DNA of 64,000 bases, from assembly GCA_036172245.1 (NCBI GenBank), contig JAYWIR010000035.1, forward strand, positions 1,674,001 through 1,738,000, in the 5' to 3' direction. Of this stretch, positions 51,650 through 62,714 are shown piece after piece. Numbering within the stretch: position 1 is the first letter of the stretch; every line of letters begins with the position of its first letter. Source of the DNA: Raillietiella orientalis (lineage: Eukaryota). Under the pieces are notes generated by a model. It saw only the letters and a program-made list of their open reading frames with translations. It ran no database searches and was not told where the DNA came from. The translations under genes were made by a program, and so were the position numbers.

Positions 51650-52660
51650 TCAGTCCGTTGCAGCTGCGATAAGACATCCCGATTCACTGGTACGGAGTCT
51701 GTATCACCTTGAATCATCACAGTCTTCTTGCAAGAAGTTTCTCGTTCGGATGTTCGCAGGAGCATCTGTAAGACACCTCGAACGTTAAGAATCTGAAGCT
51801 GTGGATGGAGGATTCACCGGAGCTTTCCTTTTCAAAGTCATCTGACCGGAAGTCCCTGAGAGCTCCTCGGGATCGGAACGTGACGTGAATGCGTGGTCCT
51901 TGCACGCTGAGCAATTGGCTTTCGCTTCAAAAGGAAGCGACGCAGCTCGTGTCCTCGAGGGTCGGATCATCTGGGAAACTCCTGGGACCCTCTCCTTGCA
52001 AACAGACGCCCGCGCTTCTCTCTCCAGAGGCCTTTCGCTCCCTTGTTTCCCCCTGCCGCGTAGTGTGCGTGTATGTGTGAAAGGGCAGAGGGGGTCAGTG
52101 GGGTAGCATTCCTGCCGTCCTCTGTGCTTTCTTCGATGGCCTAGGAATCTCTCTGGAAACCGGTGCAGAGAACAGGATTCCTGGCGAAGGGTTCCCATCT
52201 AGGGGAGGGACCAAACCGGGAAAGTCTGGTTGCCCGCAAAGTCCTACCCATATCAGGAGGAAAGCCGGCAGCCCCTCACGGACGCCGTTGTCCCTGCGGT
52301 CCGTCTCCAGATGGACGCGGGAGAGGCGGAATTTCTCCATTGGCCCAAGTTCGAGGCGCGGATGACCCGAAAGCAGAGCTGCACCGTTCGAGAAAGCGGC
52401 CTAAGAGGACTCCGGCGGAACATTCCCATGCCGACTCGGCGCGACCACCGCTCGAGTTCCTTCGAGAGATCTCCCGGGGTCACCAAGAAAGTGCGCTCCT
52501 CGCGGGGAGGACGATCGATCGAGAAGGCGGCTTGGACCATCCCGGGGACGAACACCCGAGCAGGGGCACGCGGGTTCCGGTTCATACTCAGAGCACCCCA
52601 CGCGCTTCCTTCGTTCCCCCCCGGTTCTAAACTTTGGTTGCATCGCTCTGAAGGTCTCCC
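51650..52660 (-). mobile_element. LINE RT fragment
   Basis: GRQECYP (RQGCP), SFPDD (FADD), SGTSGQM and FRFL in order. Confidence 0.6.
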
Positions 52661-52840
52661 TTGAACCCGAGGGAAGGTCGCTTTCGTGGAGTATCCGGAA
52701 GTGAACTGCTGCGCCGTTGGATGCAGCTTCCAGTTGCCCGAGTCCTGTGGGGCGGTGGGCGGTCTTTCATGTGGCAGTGGCAGAGAAGGTCAGCTGAGAA
52801 ATCTTTAACCTCGGCGGGCCAGTCAGCTGGTTCTCTCGAA

Positions 52841-54680
52841 CACCCAGTTGCGCCGGGGAGCGTTCATGGATACCAACAAAGTTACAAGAAAGGTGGTGGT
52901 AGGATCGGTCAGCCATCCTGTCCTATCACATCCAAAGCACTGGGGTCCTGCAGGGATGCCGGCACGCACACCGGCGAGGTCCGCCTTGGCAAAGAAGAAT
53001 GGAGGGAGAGGGGGGGAAGACAAACAAAAAAAAAAAATGAATAAATAAATCAATGTAGTGGTGCCTCGGTACTCGTCGGCAATTCGTCCCACATTCGTGA
53101 CGAGTGCCGAGATCGACGAGTACAGAACGAGTTCCTTTCTAGGCTTCGTGACCATTTTTAACCATTTCAGGAGCCACGATTAACGCTTAAAATGCAGAGA
53201 AAACACAAAAAATACTCTATGGAAGCGAGATACCATGAGATGAAAGCGTTCACTTGCTTCATCATGAGAGTGGGGTGTCGAGTTACGAGCATGCGCCGAG
53301 TGTCGACATTTTTTTTTTCTCGTCAAAAAATTTGACGAGTACAGTTTGACAAGTTCCGACAACATCGAGTACTGAGGTACCACTGTATATATAAAAGGAA
53401 AATAAACAGGGGAGTTCCGGGAAGGAATCCCCGTCCGCTGCAGGGCATCCTTCGCATCCTCTGAAGGATGCTGGCGAGTTCCCTAGATGGGGTCTCCTGT
53501 TGCAGTTCGCAAGAAGCGATGGCTTCCCTGAAGGGACTCTGGGCTCGCCACAGTCCTACGAAAAGCCGCTAAGCACGCTGTTGGCGGCAGCGCGCGTCAC
53601 CGCAAGAGGAGGAGCTCAGCAACGTTCCGGGGGTTCTCAGGGCTGCAGCGAAACGTTCCCAGAGACGTGCCGGAGGGCAACAACGGTCCACGAGCAGGTG
53701 CCGCGGACGGTTGGGTTTGCTTGGTCGGCTCCCTTCACGAGGACGGACCATCCTGACGAATCTCCGCGAACCGCTGCTATCGCAACCTCAGCGTTCCAGG
53801 AGAAGGAATTCTGCAGAAGCTTCTCTCTGGGTCCCGGTGCTGCCTCAGGGTTTCTTGGGCCTCAACTCGGAGTTGCAGGGAAAGAGGCGCTTCCGTTCCT
53901 CCCTCTCCTGGCAGGAAGCTCCCGGAAACGGCGCAGCCCCCAGGCGGAACAGGTACGCGACCACCCTGCACACCCGGGTGCGGGTCCACCCTGCACACCC
54001 GAGTGCGGGTGACTCGAGAGGCTTCCGCGACCTGAGAAGGAAATCCCGGCGGAGAGAGACAGGTGGATAGGTGGGGCGCCAGAGGGGAGGCCGACCCTCC
54101 GTTCGAATGGAAAAAATGGCAGCTAAGAGGGGACACAGAGAACCCCCTCTCCCCTTCGATCCGCGTGCCTCACAGATCGAGTTCTCTGAGTGGACTCCTC
54201 CGCGGATCCGCATCCACAGTAGGGCTCTGTGGGTCCCAGATCTGCAGCTCCACTACAGTATAATACGCGTAGATCCTGTAGTTCCCGGCTCAGTGGTCGG
54301 GCCGCACAACGATGTGGTTCCAGAACGCCCAGCTTTCTGCTTGCTCCTATGCGACGACTGTGGGGTCCGCTCTGCTCATCGAGGCAGGACGAGAGCGACC
54401 AGCTTGCTCCATGGAAATTGCAGCATCGGTCGCCGGGGGATTTTCGCATCTTGATGCCTCGCGGTTCTCTCTCCTTCCCTCGAGATGCGCGACCTCCTCT
54501 CTCGCGCAACAGAATCCCACTCGGCTCTTCGCGTAAGCGGGGGAGCAGCAGCCATCGGTGCCAGCGCACCGCGGGATTTCGTTTTTCCAGGAGTGGGTAG
54601 CCGAGCGCTGCTTCCACACCCAGTCACCGGGTTCTCGTACGTGCTTTCCTCGTTCCTCCTGCCCGCGTCGGAGGCCATGT
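52841..54680 (-). mobile_element. LINE 3' part (3'UTR type I) carrying a MITE
   Basis: 53400-53790 is collinear with 36430-36900; the UTR block CCGGCGAGGT..GCC is shared with 36331 and 55246; terminus CACCCAG at 52841. Confidence 0.7.
53056..53385. mobile_element. pogo/Tigger-like (Tc1/mariner superfamily) MITE, 330 bp
   Basis: Terminal inverted repeats TAGTGGTGCCTCGGTACTCG / CGAGTACTGAGGTACCACTG (17 of 20 matching), TA on the right and TG on the left, AT-rich non-coding interior; interrupts a LINE 3'UTR. Confidence 0.85.
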
Positions 54681-54685
54681 GGTTA

Positions 54686-56810
54686 CGGTGGTCTCCGCCC
54701 GTGACTACCAAACGTCGCGGGTTCGAATACTCCGAAAGGAATCGATGCAGTGAGTCGCGGGTTTCGAGTTCCTCCCGCAAGATGGAACTGGTTGGCCTAC
54801 GTTCATCCGGGTGTCACCGGTGGCAGTTCAAACCGGATGCCCCCGATGAGGGCCAGGACAATGGCAGTGGACCTTCGAACCCTTCCAGGAATCAAGGAGT
54901 GGGAGCTCCCCTCCTATTGTGAAGGAGCAGACCATTACGGGGGGACCCTCCGCGTTGTACTGATGGAGTAGCTGTTTCACCACCACCTCTCCAGAGAGTG
55001 CAGAGAAGCGAGTCGATCCCTTCGGAGAAGCAGCGCCCTTCCGATCCGAAAATTCGGAAGCGTCCCTTCGGGGTTCTCTTCAGTGGAGGAGGAAACAGGA
55101 CCGGTTCCCTTGCGGTTTCCCTCCGGAGTTGTCACCCGGTCACACTGAGGGGTTTATTGATTTCAATAAACTCACAGCATTCGTGGTATGAGGACCCACT
55201 ACGGCCAACTCAACAGTGGACCTACCGGGTCGCCGGTATGCAGACCGGCGGGCTCACCTCGGCAGCGGAGGGGCATGGGAGAAAACAAAAGTGAAAAAGA
55301 ATAAATAAAAACAAATTCAAACACTTGGGAAGGGCGGAAGGGTTCACTGCCAGCTGGATGGAGTCTACATCCGTTCCAGCAAGGTCCGTCCAGATAATTC
55401 CCAGGTGGGACCATCTTACCGCTATCCCAGGAAGCGAGCTGCTAACTGGAAGATAGCCCTTTCCTTTGTTCTTCTTCTGTCGGCTTCGCTCCATGCCGCC
55501 ACAATCCCGCGGATGCAGAAAAGTGCTGCTGGGGCTGTGGTGGCTGCAGAGCGTCTTACACGAAGAGAAACCGTGGAACGTCCCTGGGATGGCTGCCAAC
55601 CGCCATGCGGAGGGTCTTTGCAAGACGTTCCCATAGGGGCCGGATGGCAACATAGTCCACTAGCAGGTGCAGTAGGAATTCCTGTTCCCCGCATTTGCAA
55701 TAGTCCGGATTCACCCTCCTCAGCATCCAGTGGTGTCGGTGCGCGTTGCAGGGGAAGCCCCAGTGCAACAGCAGAAGAGCTGACTCCTGCTACTTCAGGG
55801 GAAGGGTGCTCGTGTCCTTCAGCACTGAGGGGCCACTCCAGTTCTCTGATGGAATGCCGAGCAGCTCGCCTCAGCGCTGTATTTCTCGTGGAGGAATACA
55901 GCGCCCGAGAGTCCCTCCTCGTGGAGGGACACTCAGGGTCGCTGAGTATCCGCCAGCTGTCCTGTGGTCCAACCACTCATCATCTTCTTGCCTGTCATCT
56001 CTAGCAGGAAACTTCCTACCGCGGATTTTGGCTGCTGCCTAGTGCCCTCCTCAAAAAGGGCATCGAAGTAGCGAGGGGGTTTGTCTCCGCCCACGTGCTC
56101 CTTCCAGGATACTCCAGGTCCTTCCGGAGTGAGCAGCGGGCGTGGTTGCCGAGTCGTAGGCGGTTCCACCTCTTGCTTCCTGTCTCCTGGATCTTCGTCC
56201 ACGCACCATGGTTCCTTCTAGCTATGTGCTAGACTTGGCGGGGCAGCAGACCATCCAGTCGTTCTCCCTCTCCAGAGTGACCATGCAACCCAGGAGAAGA
56301 CCTCATCTTCGCATCTTGGGGCGAAAGCACGAGAGGAAAGACGCGAGTCCCGATCATTCGGCTGGCATGCCGGAACGCACCATGCGGTGCTCCACAACTT
56401 CGCTGCGATGACCAAGGTTCGCCATCGCAGCTGATTTTCCATCTACTCCAGCTCCAGGAGGCCGAGCCGCCGTCCCGACGTGGAGCGCACAAGTCCGACA
56501 GTGGGACTCGGTTCCCTCAGGAGAAGAAACTCCTGATGGTGGATCCTTTCCAGGTTCCCCTTCGGAGAAGAAAAATGAACTGAATCCCCCCGGGGGTCTC
56601 CGGAGAGAATAGGGAAGGGGTGATTCCCTGCGGAGTTCCCCTTCGGAAACAACCAGGGTGGAGATGATCTCCATTCCGGGGATCACCTTCCCAGGCGTGA
56701 GAGAAACGGACGCAGAGCCCTTCCCGGATTCACAGGGCGAGCCCTCTTCCAGAGTTCTCCCTCCCTATCTTGAAGAATTACACGCACCCTCGGGTGACGT
56801 GGAACCGTGC
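54686..56810 (+). repeat. tRNA-headed multi-hairpin repeat, copy 4, split by a LINE insertion
   Basis: GGTTCGAATAC at 54720-54730; homology to copies 1-3 stops at 55128 and resumes in register at 56509. Confidence 0.8.
55129..56508 (-). mobile_element. 5'-truncated LINE (3'UTR type I) with target-site duplication
   Basis: LCAPRRDGG...AKLWSTAWC, CKCGEQEFLLHLLVD, ALFCIRGIVAAWSEA...IAVRWSH, AATAAA (55153-55158); flanked by CGGTTTCCCTCCGGAG and CGGTTCCCTCAGGAG. Confidence 0.85.
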
Positions 56811-56819
56811 TGAAGTAGC

Positions 56820-57100
56820 CCTGCGTCCTTGAGTTTCTCTCGGGGCCTTGGAGACTACGGAAGCGGCGCTGCGGAAACCCGACCGTGGGGGGACCGCTGA
56901 GAAGAGCCTCTGCAGCAGATGCCTCCGGGAACCCCAGCCGGGCACGCTATCTCTGCTCGCCTCGGAGCAGACGGGTTCGCCTACACGCGGGTCCGAGTGC
57001 TTCAGCTGGCGAGTCTGCGAACGGGAAGTGGCGGCCGAAAGCCGTCCTTTCCCCGGGAAGGAGAGAAGGGGAGGGGGAGGGATTTCTTCTTCACCAACAG
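56820..57100 (-). mobile_element. Eroded LINE ORF2 C-terminus, abutting repeat copy 4
   Basis: GICCRG at ~56905-56925, followed by an ASRWSH-like nucleotide remnant. Confidence 0.45.
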
Positions 57101-57549
57101 AGGAGATGGAACTCCCCAAAGCGGAGGCAGCGGCAGCTGGATTCGTCCTGGTCTCGGGAGTGCGCGCGCCTCTGGAGCCTGCACGGGGAAGTGCACGCGT
57201 CGTCTCTGGAGGCGGCGGTCCCTGCGGGAGAAAGGGGTCAGAGGTCCAGGGGCGAAAACCCAGGCGTGGGGCAATCCAGGGACGGGATCTGCACCCGTTC
57301 GCGAGGGAGGAAGGGACTGTTTCAGCGGGGTTCTCCTCTTCCTTGCCGATCATCGCTTCAGCTGAAGCGGGGAACCTCGCGTATCCAAATGCGTCTCCAC
57401 CCCCCGTTCCCCCCCGTTTTGCTTGGGATCCGTTCCGGGCCAGCTGCATTGAACCCAGGCGACCTTTCGCCGCCGCTCTGGGTTCCCTTCGTCGCTCCCG
57501 CCTTGCGTCACCTTCCGGCAAACACGGGGATGGGCGGCGTTCCCCTTGA

Positions 57550-60450
57550 AGGTCGATGGACGTTTTTCCCGGTCCTTCCGGTTGGAAAGCAACAGGGATG
57601 AATTCTCATCTTGCAGAGGATCCTCTCACTCCATTTGGCTTCCACCTAACGGTTGCCACGTAGGCGACCTCGTCAGCAGTGGTCACTTCTTTTGTTCTCC
57701 TGGCAAAATGCAAGGAGCACGTTTCCTATCTTCGTTCGGAAGTGGTCCTCATCTATGAATTCCGGGGCATTTGATTTTGCAGGCAAGCAACCTGTGGATC
57801 CTGCGGTGCATTCATACACGGATCTCTCCTTATAGAAGCGTTTCCTAGTGGTCCATTCTTACAGATTTGGATTTCCCACGTTCCGGTGCGTGCCTACTTT
57901 TCCTCTGGTTTCCGTCGATTTCTGTTGACATTCTCCGACAAAAAGGTTGACGCGGCTAACCCAAGGCCTCCTGTCGTTAATGGTCCATCCATTCTCCGTT
58001 CAGCCTTTGAATCGGAAAAGGCAAGCGAATGCTCTTCTTTAGTGGGTCTCACGAAGACGGTAAAAATTGTGCTCTTCTGCCTTCAGGCTCTGCCATTGCG
58101 TCGCCTGTTTTACCACATGCCCCGCTGTTCTTGCTGATGAATTCTGGGCGCTTTTATCTGTTCATCTCGGATATCAGATTGGTTCCTTTGAATTTCTAAT
58201 CTTCGAGTGTTCTCTAATGGGTTCTTTTGCGGCAGCGTTTCCCATTTGGGGCTGAAGGATTTCCTTTCATCTTCCGTTCGCGCTGCCTCGCATGCGGTCG
58301 TCTCATTAGGGAACCATTTCCAGCCGTCGATGGCTCCCCTCGTTTCCTTCCTCCTGAAGCTCTCCGCTATGCGATTGCGCCTCATGGAGCAGCCACACTC
58401 CTCCTTCAAGCGCCAGCTGCCTTCCTATGGTGCGCTCATGCAGAATGGCTGCTTGATGCTTCGAAGAGGGAACAAGGGGAACCGTGGAAGCGGTGGCCCA
58501 GGAAGTGCAGCGGAATGAGGCAACAGAAGGCGAAGGTCCAACCGACTGAAGTGTCGTCCTCTTCGCATGGAATCGCTCGTCATCTCACGACGTTCCCATC
58601 CTCTCCTCCCTCACTTCTGGCATGCATTGATTTTTTAGGTGGCCAACCCTCGTCTCTGACGCTTCATTCCGCTGTGATTTCTGGATAAAGAAGCGCGCTT
58701 TCCATCCATCGTCGGCTGCATCCCGTTTGGAGCGACTCGCCTACCGGAGGGTCGGAGCTTGCAGATCGAGTCGGTTCTAGTTGCGGTATGAAATGGTCTG
58801 GTAGGTGGACGCGCCTTCTGCCGGAGCTCCTGATCCATCCGGGTGCCTACATTCCACCCATTCGTTCACCACTGATGCTGCAGCAGCGGCGCTCTGAATT
58901 TTCAGAATCTTCCTCGATGACTCCCATCTGTTTCTGAGGCGCTTCCGCTCTTCGCTCCGGAGTTCATGAATGCCTCCTTGGTTTCCAGATTCCTGGCCGG
59001 GAAAAACTTTTGACTGTTACAGAGCTTTCCTGAGATTCCCCCTTTCCTATTTCCATTCCTCTCTCTTTCATAGGTGGCTGCTGGGTACTTCTGTGCCACT
59101 GGCGCGCCGCCACTCATCCTTCCGCAGACTCTGCATCCTTCCCCAAATGAAAACGAGCCATGCAGGTTCCTGGATCTACGAGGCTCCGGAGGATGCGAGT
59201 CTCTGACTGCATGGACTGGTGGAAGCTGCAATGGAGCTTCCGCACCGAGTGGCTCTTCGCGTCGGGTGACGCCACATGCAGCAGGATACGAAGGGGTGGA
59301 GCACTTCCCGGAAAGACAAATCCAGGAACACGAATCAAGGCCCGGACAGAGGCACGTCCGGCACAGGATTGGTAAGAAAGATCCCTGAAAGCAGCGATTC
59401 GCATGGAGAGTTCCCATCACCCATGCTGAGGAAGGTTGCCTTGGTGACATCTCAGGAAGATCCAGTCGGTCTGGTGGAGAGGATGGGAGAAAACGGTGCC
59501 AACAACTGCAGGTGGCAGACGCCCCACCACAATTATGTGGTCCGCCTTCCGGGTCAAGTTTCGTTCCGACAATGACCTCTTCTTGCTTTTTTCCCCTTTG
59601 CCCGTTATCCCGGCAATGATCCGTACCCAAGTGTCGCACTCCATCTGGCGCGCCTCAACCCTTTCGATGCCGCCGGTGGCTCCTTCGCGTGCTTCTGATT
59701 ACCGCAGGTGAAGGAGAGGACCAGCACTCGGTCAGAAAGGGGGGTTGCTGGATTTTGCATCTCCTCAACTCGAGTGGCCTCCTGGACTGGTCTTTTCCTC
59801 CGGGTTGCCCCTGTCTCTTGCCCCAGAAGGGACACAGCAGAAACAGGGGGATACCTCGCGTGCGAACCGCATGACTACACCGCTGCATGGAAATCTGGGG
59901 AGGACGCACACCGGTTGTGCCGACGGAAACCGTCTGCCGGAACCAGACCGACCTTCCTATCGGTTCTCCTACCTCCCCTCGAGTTCCAGGAATGCCCCTC
60001 CCCGTTCATCCGGAGGAAAGGAAAACCGCACGCGGTTTCCTGACGGCTGCCGTAAAAGGAGGAGGCTGGACTTACGTAGCTCCTGGATCTTCTCAGTCGG
60101 ACGGGCGATCTCTCCGGTCTTGCTCCATGGCAGCATGGGTGTCGTCGGGATTCCTCCACGGAATCCTGAAGTCCATCTGCGGAGGGCATCTCGCTCGTTC
60201 CGGATAGACCCTGGCCTCGACAGGGGTCGGTGGCAGGTGGATTACGCAATTCCACAGGACCCTGGGGAACCGTACTGCTGCTGATGCTGTTCCTCTGCGA
60301 CGAAGCAGTCGGAGCAGCCGTGGAGCCACGACAGCGTGCCTGTTTCCCAGGAGACGTCCGTCCGCAACGGGCGGTAGCGAGGAATGACCTAGAGGCATCC
60401 AAGTGTCGCACGGGTGCTGACCCCAGACGAGGAGGTCATCAGGTACCGCC
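57550..60450 (-). mobile_element. LINE ORF1 end, APE domain and linker
   Basis: GSH knuckle-like motif at ~59860; ITGKGEKSKKR...ADHII APE start; SRLDL (~58540); GSWRLK (~58410). Confidence 0.6.
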
Positions 60451-60749
60451 TCGAGGCGTGGAGGAGAAGCGGAAGGGAGGAACGACGGATCGGAAGAGCT
60501 TCCTCCATTTCCTCGACAGGACTTAGACTCGTCTCACTTGCATCCCGGAAGCACCAGCGGAAGCAGAGTGCCCCTCCCAACGGTTTCCCAAAGTCGCTGC
60601 ATTCCCCACAGCTCACACAGTCCAGCTTCTCGGGCCGATCTCCCGAAAGCCTGGCCAGGCTGTTTTTGAAGCGGGGCTCCCGCGCCCCGTCTCGAGAAGA
60701 GATCGGCACGCTTGCGCGGAGGCTTCTCGGCTGCCCGGCGACCGGGACG

Positions 60750-62700
60750 CATGGGGTCCCTTCTTGCGGGTGCCCCCGACCCTCATCCAAGACTTCTTCG
60801 AACCACGGTGATGAGGACGGAGAAAAGGGGGAAGGGGGAGGGCAGCGTAGAAGCGGGAGGAGCCTTCTGGCAACGAATGACAGAGCTCGGTCTCCTGGGC
60901 GCACGCTTCCGCCACGCCATCTTCCTCTTCAGCTCATGGGGACCGCAAGGAAGCCTCGGGATCCCAGCTCTCGGATGGCTCCGTGGAGGTCTCTCTTGCT
61001 GGCGACCATGGAGCGGATCTTCTGGAAGGAGGGGAGGGGGAGGAGCAGAGTTGCAGAGGGAACGCAGAGGTAGCCGGCAAGCGCAAGAGCTCTCCGTTTT
61101 CTGCTTCTCCCTCCACCGCTCCCGGCCGGCAGGTAGCGAGGACCGGACGGTCTCCGTTCTCTCCACGGTCGTTTTTTCTGGCCACTCCCATCTCCTCCAC
61201 CCCCGCAGCTGTTGGGAACAGAAATGCCCCGTCCTGCTCCCTCGTAGGAACCGATAGATCCCCACACGTTGAATGGGAATCCAAACACGGCGGAAGAATT
61301 GGCTCTCCCTTCCCACTCAATCTTGTGTTTGTCCTTGCGAAGAGTCCTCGTTCCCGACCTATGGCATCCCTTCCAAATCGCGCCCACCTTCTGCCTTCCT
61401 CAAGGCAGGCATGCGGGGAGGGAGAAACGGGAAGGCACCGTGACCCAGACCTAGGGAAACTCCTTCCAGAGGGCTATAGAGTCACGGTGAGGACCTTGGA
61501 CGTAGTTAGGTGCAGGGGGGAAGATGGACGGCGGAGTCTGGCAGTCCCGCGAACGCCACGATCCTGTAGGAGCGTCTCCACGAGAGAAAAGCAGGCGAAC
61601 CTGTGCACGACGTGAGGAAACTCTCCGGGTCGAAGCTCCGCTGGACCACTCCAATCAGCGCCGTCCGTGCTTGTGGCCGTTGGCTCCTGCACTTTTCCGC
61701 ACGTTAGGGAATCTCGCAGAGACCCCAGAAGGTGCTGCCGACAGTACAGTCGGACGCACGCGGTCTCGGTGGAAATGGCGCGCGCCGGCTGTGTACATCG
61801 TGTACCGTTTTGCAGCGCCTGTTGAAGGAGGAGAGGGTGCGCCGGCCTTTGCACCCCTCTCCTCTCCCATCAAGCGGCGCCAAAACTCTCCTCTTCCCCA
61901 GAATGCACGCACCCGTCCTTAGCAGCCCAGCGTCTGTCCGGCACGCTACCGTCTGTTCAGCAAGTTCAGTGGATCAGGGAAGATGCCCGCGTGCGCGAAG
62001 TCCACGGTGACAACGTTCTCCGCAACCTCAGCGTCCAGCCGTTGTCGGCCGGAGGCTATGCAGCCTCCCACCCCCCTCCTCATCCAAAGCTCGACCTGCG
62101 CGACTTTGGTGACTTGGGCCACTGACCTCTGGGCTTCAACCACCGCGAGCCATAGGAGCGTGCCGCAGAACCGACAGCTTCTCCACAGGAAGGGAAAGGA
62201 CAACTTGCGCTGCGAAGCCCGCCGCCCCGCGTGGATTCTTCCGCAGGCAGCGGGTAATCTTGGGAGAAGGGTTCCGCTCCCCCTTGACTGCGGCCGTTCC
62301 CCAGCGACCTGCTTTCAGGCGTAGGATTGGGCAGTTACAAGCGAGAAACTCTGCCGTTGGGGAGGCGGGCTGACCAAGAGCGCGGATGCCCATCAAGCAG
62401 TTTCGGTCATTTACGGGCGCGGCTGAAAGAATGTGTAAAGGACCCTCTCTTGAGATGTGTCTTTTGATCTATAAGAGAAGAAAATCTGGACCAGCTGCGA
62501 CGAGCCATCAAGGCATTGCCTTCCGACTTTCAACGTATGGTTTCAAGACGGGTAAGCGGGAGAGGGGGATCCAGGCTTTCCTTCTGGATCGCTTCCATGG
62601 CGACGAGGGAGCAAAGTGCCAGTATCGATCTGAAGAGGCAGCTGAACAGGCTCCCCCAGCTGCAAGAGAGTCTCTCATCCCAAAGTGAATCCGGATAGGA
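60750..62700 (-). mobile_element. LINE RT thumb to C-terminus
   Basis: HISREG, KITRCLRKNPRGAAG (cf. KV...L..P...GG.G) and FEEVLDE near 60790. Confidence 0.4.
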
Positions 62701-62714
62701 AGTTTTTCATCTGG

